DNA of 64,000 bases from positions 128,001 to 192,000 of the forward strand of contig CAWJJC010000017.1 in the NCBI GenBank assembly GCA_963843145.1, written 5' to 3'. Below, one piece after another: positions 58,874 to 64,000 of the stretch. A model generated the notes under the pieces. That model ran no database searches. It was not told the DNA's origin and saw only the letters and a program-made list of their open reading frames with translations. Position 1 is the first letter of the stretch. The number at the start of each line of letters is the position of its first letter. The translations under genes were made by a program, and so were the position numbers. This DNA is from an uncultured delta proteobacterium (GTDB lineage Bacteria; Desulfobacterota; RBG-13-43-22).

Positions 58874-59722
58874 ATGAGTGGACGACTAATGGGGAAGACG
58901 GCGATTATTACCGGAGGGACGAGCGGCATCGGACGGCGAAGCGTTGAAATTTTTGCCCGGGAGGGGGCCTCCGTTCTCATCGCTGCCCGGCGGGAAAAGG
59001 AAGGAAGAGAACTGGCGGAGGCTTTGGGCCCCCGGGTAGATTTCCTGAAGACCGACGTTTCCAGGGAGGCCGAGGTAAAGGCCATGATCGATTTCGCCGT
59101 GAAGCGCTTCGGGCGTTTGGACTGCCTCTTCAATAACGCCGGTTGTCCGGCCCCGGTGGGGGGAATCGCCACCATCCCTTTGGACAAGTATGAGGCTGCC
59201 CTGTCGGTCCTTCTGGGCGGGGTCATGCTGGGAATGAAACATGCCGCGCCGGTCATGCGAGCCCAGGGTTCAGGCAGCATCATTAATAACGGCAGCGTCG
59301 CCGGTGTCCTGGCCGGATATTCCTCGTCGATGATTTACTCGGCGGCCAAGGCGGCCGTTATCCATCTGACGAAATGCGTAGCCATGGAGCTGGGAGAGAG
59401 AAACATCCGGGTCAACTGCATCTCACCCGGAGGCATTGCCACCGGCATTTTCGGCAAAGCCCTTGGCTTGCCGACAGAGGAAGCCGAGCAAAACGTCGAA
59501 GCCATCCAACAGGCCTTGGCGGCCATGCAGCCCATTCGTCGTGCCGGTCTACCGGAGGATATCGCTCTGGCAGCCGTTTTTCTCGCTTCGGACGAATCAA
59601 CCTTTGTCAACGGCCATAACCTGGTAGTGGACGGCGGTCTGATCGGAGGACGGCACTGGTCGGTGCAACAACAAGGATTGAATCTAATGCGGGCGGGCTT
59701 TGGTATAAAGGTCGAAAGCTGA
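58874..59722 (+). CDS. SDR family oxidoreductase
   Basis: TGGTSGIG, NNAG, YSAAK, RVNCISPG. Confidence 0.95.
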   Translation: MSGRLMGKTAIITGGTSGIGRRSVEIFAREGASVLIAARREKEGRELAEALGPRVDFLKTDVSREAEVKAMIDFAVKRFGRLDCLFNNAGCPAPVGGIATIPLDKYEAALSVLLGGVMLGMKHAAPVMRAQGSGSIINNGSVAGVLAGYSSSMIYSAAKAAVIHLTKCVAMELGERNIRVNCISPGGIATGIFGKALGLPTEEAEQNVEAIQQALAAMQPIRRAGLPEDIALAAVFLASDESTFVNGHNLVVDGGLIGGRHWSVQQQGLNLMRAGFGIKVES

Positions 59723-59739
59723 TCTGTTTTCCCCTTCCC

Positions 59740-61617
59740 TTAACCCAAAATCAGTTGATACCGGACGGTATACCGGGCCAGGATTTCGGCCACCTTTTCC
59801 CTGATGGTCTCTTCCGACACCCCGGCCGCAGGGGTAATGGTTATTGTGGCCAGGGATCCATGGACCTTGTCCTCGGCCACTTTGACTACGGTATGGTCTG
59901 CCAGTCCCTGCAGGGTGGAAAGTTGCTCCGCGTACACCTTTCGGATACTCTCCCAGCGAAGTGCCGGCTTAAAAATCTTGCCCACCGGAGTGAGGGGAAT
60001 CTGGGGGACCACAAAGACTTGCTTAGGTATGGCTGCCCGTTCACCCATCTCCTTACGGAGATATTCCAATATTTCGCCTTCGGTGATAGTCGCTCCATCC
60101 TTGAGTTCCACGAAGGCTACCGGGATTTCGCCGGCGTGGGGATCGGGGCTGCCCACCGCCGCAGCCATCTTCACCTCGGGAAGTCGATACAGGGGTTCTT
60201 CAATAACCGCCGGATCGATATTGTGCCCCCCCCGGATGATAAGTTCTTTTCTGCGCCCGGTCAGCCAGAAATAGCCGTCCTGGTCCTGCCTTCCCAGGTC
60301 CCCGGTATTGAACCATTCCGGAAGGGGCCAGATGCGGCGGTTCTGGGCCTCATCCAGATAGCCCCGGAATACATTCGGGCCCTTAAGGCAAACGCCGCCG
60401 ATCTCATCGGCCTCGGCCTCTCTCACAAACGTTCCTTCTTCATCCACGATCAAGACCTTCATCTCCTGATAGGGAAGCCTCAGGCCGATGGAACCGATCT
60501 TCCGCTCCCCATGAAAGGGGTTCACGGATGAAACACAGGTCCCTTCGGTAAGGCCGTAGCCCTCGATGATCTTCATGCCGCTGTGGGCCTCAAATCGCCT
60601 GAAGAGCTCCACGGATAGCGGGGCCGCCCCGCAGACCAGATAGCGAAGGGAAGATATGTCCGAATCCCCCTTGGGTATATCGAGAAGCACCGACAGAATC
60701 GTCGGCACGGCCGAGAAGGAAACCGCCCGGTAGTGTTCGACAATCTTGTAGAAGTTTTTTATAACCGCCGGGTCTCGATAGCCGCGCGGCCCAAGGATCA
60801 CCACATGGGCCCCGATGGAGAAAGGGAACGATCCGGTCACGGTGGTGCCGTTGACATGGAAAAGGGGCAGCCCGCACAGGGTCACCTCCCCGGCGTACAG
60901 TTCGGCTCCCAGGGCTACCATCAAGGGCATGACCGCTTCATTATAATGGGTGTGGGGAGCCAGCTTCGGGGTGCCGGTGGTCCCCCCGGTGTGATACATG
61001 GAGGCGATGTCCTCGGGGTTAATCAGGCGATCGGAATCCAGTCCATCCTCCCGGTAACGGGGGAGAAGCTCTTCAAAGCTATAAATCCCTTCCTTTTCAT
61101 CCCCGGGCCCCATGATCCGGACCACAGCCTTGAGTCCCGGGAGGTCCTTCCGGATTAAGGAGACCTTCTGCCAGATGTCCGCTCCCGGAAACTCGCCCAG
61201 GGCCACCAGGACCTTGGTATTGGCCGCTTGACAGATTTCACGAATGGTAAAGGGCTCCAGCAGGGAATTGATCGGGTTGACGATCCCGGCGGCCTCTCCC
61301 CCCCAAAGCACAAAATGGGTCTCCGGCAGGTTGGGAAGGAGATAGGAGATAACGTCCCCCGAACGGATCCCCAGGTCGTGAAAGAGGTTGGCTGCCTGGG
61401 TCACCCTGGAGATTAATTCCCGGTAATTGATCTGCCGGGGAGAAGCATAGTCTTCCCCTTTGGAGAAAAAGCTGATGGCCGGGGCTTCCGGATTGATCCC
61501 TGCGCCCTGCTTCAGCAGATCATAGGTATTGGTGGCCTTGATCCTTTCCTTTAGGGGGGTCTTCTCAATGGCCCCAAGGTCTGCGATTGTTCGCACCCTA
61601 ATTTTTTCTATCGACAT
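59740..61617 (-). CDS. AMP-forming acyl-CoA synthetase
   Basis: HTGGTTGTPK, GYGLTE, TGDLG, GGHNI, VGKIFK. Confidence 0.94.
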   Translation of the reverse strand: MSIEKIRVRTIADLGAIEKTPLKERIKATNTYDLLKQGAGINPEAPAISFFSKGEDYASPRQINYRELISRVTQAANLFHDLGIRSGDVISYLLPNLPETHFVLWGGEAAGIVNPINSLLEPFTIREICQAANTKVLVALGEFPGADIWQKVSLIRKDLPGLKAVVRIMGPGDEKEGIYSFEELLPRYREDGLDSDRLINPEDIASMYHTGGTTGTPKLAPHTHYNEAVMPLMVALGAELYAGEVTLCGLPLFHVNGTTVTGSFPFSIGAHVVILGPRGYRDPAVIKNFYKIVEHYRAVSFSAVPTILSVLLDIPKGDSDISSLRYLVCGAAPLSVELFRRFEAHSGMKIIEGYGLTEGTCVSSVNPFHGERKIGSIGLRLPYQEMKVLIVDEEGTFVREAEADEIGGVCLKGPNVFRGYLDEAQNRRIWPLPEWFNTGDLGRQDQDGYFWLTGRRKELIIRGGHNIDPAVIEEPLYRLPEVKMAAAVGSPDPHAGEIPVAFVELKDGATITEGEILEYLRKEMGERAAIPKQVFVVPQIPLTPVGKIFKPALRWESIRKVYAEQLSTLQGLADHTVVKVAEDKVHGSLATITITPAAGVSEETIREKVAEILARYTVRYQLILG

Positions 61618-61749
61618 GTTCAAATTTCTCCAAAAAGGGAAAAGGCTATTTGCCCGGGAAAAGGTCTCCGGGATTATCCACTATCATGGTTTTGATCAGA
61701 AAACCTGGTCACTTGGGCTGCCTCCGCGATAACCGTCCTTGACCAGTGG

Positions 61750-61998
61750 ATTGACTTTTTACGGAAATATACGGAAGACAAAACGCTGCTCATGGTCGAG
61801 CACGACATGAGCGTGGTCTTTGATCTGGCGGATCGCATTTCGGTGCTGGTCTATGGGGAACTGGTGGCCACGGATACCCCCGGTAACATTCGCAGCAACG
61901 TCCAGGTTCAAGAAGCCTATCTGGAAAAGGAGCTGGCCTAAACGCTGGAGATAAAAGACCTGCACGCCTATTACGGCCGCAGCCACATTCTTCAAGTG
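61750..61998 (+). pseudogene. Remnant of the branched-chain amino acid ABC ATPase pair (LivG C-terminus and LivF N-terminus)
   Basis: TLLMVEHDMSVVFDLADRISVLVYGELVATDTP..VQEAYL* then ACG-LEIKDLHAYYGRSHILQ; truncated at both ends. Confidence 0.85.
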
Positions 61999-62001
61999 GA
62001 A

Positions 62002-62394
62002 TTATGGGGTGGGGTCGGGTTTGCTTTTGGTGCCCAGGCGATCGACCACTTTTTCAAAGTAGACCTGGTCCTCTTCAAACTGCGGAGAAACCTTGCGCAT
62101 CATGTTCAGCTTCATGATCATGAAATTGAGCCGCTTCATCTGCTTGTATTTCTCTTCCACATCCTCAATTCCCCGGAGCATTTCTTCCAGCCGGACGATG
62201 TCCTTTTTCAGTTCCAGTTCCGGGGGGAGGCAGTCGGCATTCTTCAGGATTTTATAGGCCAACCGCAATTCCTCCGGGACCTGGCTGTCGTCTTCCAGTT
62301 GCAAGGGCCGGCCCTTACCGGGGAGGTTGTCCAACTCCCCCCTGCGCAGGGCCTCCTGAATTTTACGTTCGGCGATGAAATTAGGCAGAATCAT
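62002..62394 (-). CDS. DUF1992 family protein
   Basis: IAERKIQEA..GELDNLPGKGRPL..PEELRLAYKILKNA.CLPPE. Confidence 0.9.
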   Translation of the reverse strand: MILPNFIAERKIQEALRRGELDNLPGKGRPLQLEDDSQVPEELRLAYKILKNADCLPPELELKKDIVRLEEMLRGIEDVEEKYKQMKRLNFMIMKLNMMRKVSPQFEEDQVYFEKVVDRLGTKSKPDPTP

Positions 62395-62498
62395 AATGAA
62401 CGAAGATCGCTAAACACGAGAATGAAGCGGATTTTACCAGCGTTTCTCGGAAAAATCAATACCGATTCACCACTACGAATCATGAAAAATGATTTCTC

Positions 62499-62530
62499 GT
62501 CATCCCCGAAGGCCTTTATCGGGGATCCAG
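62499..62530. repeat. REP-like palindrome GTCATCCCCGA..TCGGGGATCCA
   Basis: ATCCCCGA/TCGGGGAT stem downstream of moaA. Confidence 0.55.
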
Positions 62531-62553
62531 TGTTCCTTAAGAGTGGTTAGATT

Positions 62554-63540
62554 CTAACCGCCGATTTTGGACATCTGCCGCTGGCAGCGGCCGGGAACCG
62601 AGGCGGTCTGATGGGGATGTTCTTTCGGCTTACGGGCGATGGCTTGTTGAATGATGTTTTCCAACTGCGCGTCGGAGGCCCCCTGCCGCAGGGATTCCCG
62701 GAGATCGGTCTCGTCGTCGGAAAAAATACAGGTTCGGAGCTTTCCATCGGCGGTCAGGCGCAACCGATTGCAGGACGGGCAGAAATGATGACTGATGGGG
62801 CTGATCAGCCCGATTTCGCCTCGGGCCCCGGAATACTTCCAGCGTCGGGCGGGACCATCCAACCCGTGGCCGTTCAAGGGCTCCAACGCGCCCTGGGTTT
62901 GAAGGCGGTCCAGGATTTGATCTCCCGGCAGGAATCGCTCCGTCTGGCAGCCGGTCTCCGGTCCCACGGGCATAAACTCAATGAAACGGATATGATACGG
63001 TTTTTCCCGGGAGAGGCGGCCAAAGGCCGGGATCTCGTCGTCGTTGATTCCTTTCAAAGCGACCACGTTGATCTTGATCGGCTGGAAACCGACGGCTTCG
63101 GCGGCCAGGATCCCCTGCCAGACCTGGTGGAAAAAGTCCTGTCGGGTAATTCGGGCGTACCGGCGGGGATCGAGGGAATCGAGGCTGATATTGACCCGGC
63201 GGATCCCGGCCTCCCAGATGGCCTGGGCCTGTTCGGCCAGCAGGACCCCATTGGTGGTCAGGCTGATGTCCTTTATCCCCGGGATCCGGGCCAGTTCCGC
63301 GATAAAAGGGATCACGCCCCTACGGGCCAAAGGTTCTCCGCCGGTCAGGCGGATCTTTTCGATGCCCAGGCGGACGCTTAACCGGGCCAAACGCAGGAAC
63401 TCTTCGTAGCTGAGGATATCCTCGTGGGCCAGCTTGGGCACTCCCCCCTCCGGCATGCAATAGAGACAGCGCAGGTTGCACCGGTCGGTGAGGGAGAGGC
63501 GTAGATAATTGATACGGCGATTAAAGGGATCTAATAGCAT
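62554..63540 (-). CDS. moaA: GTP 3',8-cyclase
   Basis: CNLRCLYC, TGGEPL, RFIEFMP, FCPSCNRLR..C, C-terminal IGG. Confidence 0.97.
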   Translation of the reverse strand: MLLDPFNRRINYLRLSLTDRCNLRCLYCMPEGGVPKLAHEDILSYEEFLRLARLSVRLGIEKIRLTGGEPLARRGVIPFIAELARIPGIKDISLTTNGVLLAEQAQAIWEAGIRRVNISLDSLDPRRYARITRQDFFHQVWQGILAAEAVGFQPIKINVVALKGINDDEIPAFGRLSREKPYHIRFIEFMPVGPETGCQTERFLPGDQILDRLQTQGALEPLNGHGLDGPARRWKYSGARGEIGLISPISHHFCPSCNRLRLTADGKLRTCIFSDDETDLRESLRQGASDAQLENIIQQAIARKPKEHPHQTASVPGRCQRQMSKIGG

Positions 63541-63650
63541 AGGCGCTTATTGGTTGCATAAATATGTCTTTTTTTACATAATATCCATTTATAGAAACTC
63601 TGTCAACCGCTGTTGCTGGTTTCGCGGATCTAGAGGAAACGGAACAAACC

Positions 63651-64000
63651 ATGAAACCCTTTTTTAAAGTAAAAACCCCCGAAGAAATCTTTGAAATGTT
63701 GGAAATCTTCCCGACCTTGGGCCGGGAAACCCTGCCCTTGGGAAAGGCGCTGAACCGGGTGCTGGCTGAAGAGGTATCCTCCCCCGAAGACCTGCCCCAT
63801 TTCGCCCGGGCGACCATGGATGGCTACGCGGTTCGAGCCCGGGATACCTTCGGGGCTTCCGAGGCCATACCGGCCTTATTGACGGTCAGCGGGGAAATCA
63901 CTATGGGCCGGGAGGCCACCGTCCCGATTCGACCCGGCCAATGCGCACGCATCGCCACCGGAGGCATGCTCTCTCCCGGGGCCGACGCGGTGGTTATGAT
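63651..64000 (+). CDS. moeA: Molybdopterin molybdotransferase (5' part, runs off the window)
   Basis: Manual translation: MKPFFKV..ALNRVLAE..DLPHFARATMDGYAVRA..RIATGGML..GADAVVM; not in the ORF track. Confidence 0.92.
   Translation, partial: MKPFFKVKTPEEIFEMLEIFPTLGRETLPLGKALNRVLAEEVSSPEDLPHFARATMDGYAVRARDTFGASEAIPALLTVSGEITMGREATVPIRPGQCARIATGGMLSPGADAVVM

Noticed and set aside
1-64000. CRISPR array, cas genes, reverse transcriptase/retron/DGR, rRNA
   Set aside because: No regularly spaced direct repeats, RT motifs or rRNA-like sequence seen by eye.

Overview
About 64 kb of bacterial chromosome, most likely from a deltaproteobacterium (Desulfobacterota-like); this is inferred from the tmRNA tag ADDYNYALAA, the gene content and the intergenic repeat types. 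The housekeeping backbone comprises pgm, purB, a sugar-nucleotide cluster, ssrA-smpB-ptsI-ptsH-rsmI-YraN-rnhB-rplS-trmD-rimM-KH-rpsP-ffh, tRNA-Lys/tRNA-Glu and moaA/moeA. Two defence-type islands interrupt it, and neither has a recognisable integrase. Island 1 (about 22.3-29.8 kb, after purB) holds a NYN/PIN nuclease behind a structured, terminator-capped leader RNA, a type III R-M pair, HicA-HicB(tailed)-unknown and a Zn-finger orphan. Island 2 (about 37.6-48.4 kb, at the tmRNA 3' end) holds a MITE, Fic, an M48 peptidase, type I R-M with an XRE controller, and a self-contained three-gene operon (unknown, HicB-like, HicA-like). The best candidates for undescribed systems are the NYN gene with its leader RNA (type III toxin-antitoxin-like layout) and the two three-component HicAB-like modules whose third genes are not SecB. 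The window opens with an 861-codon GT-C plus discoidin ORF that the ORF track missed. Single-base frameshifts in purB, UPF0182, mod, hsdM and hsdR point to assembly indel errors, so pseudogene calls need caution. All product calls come from motifs read by eye; no database search was run.
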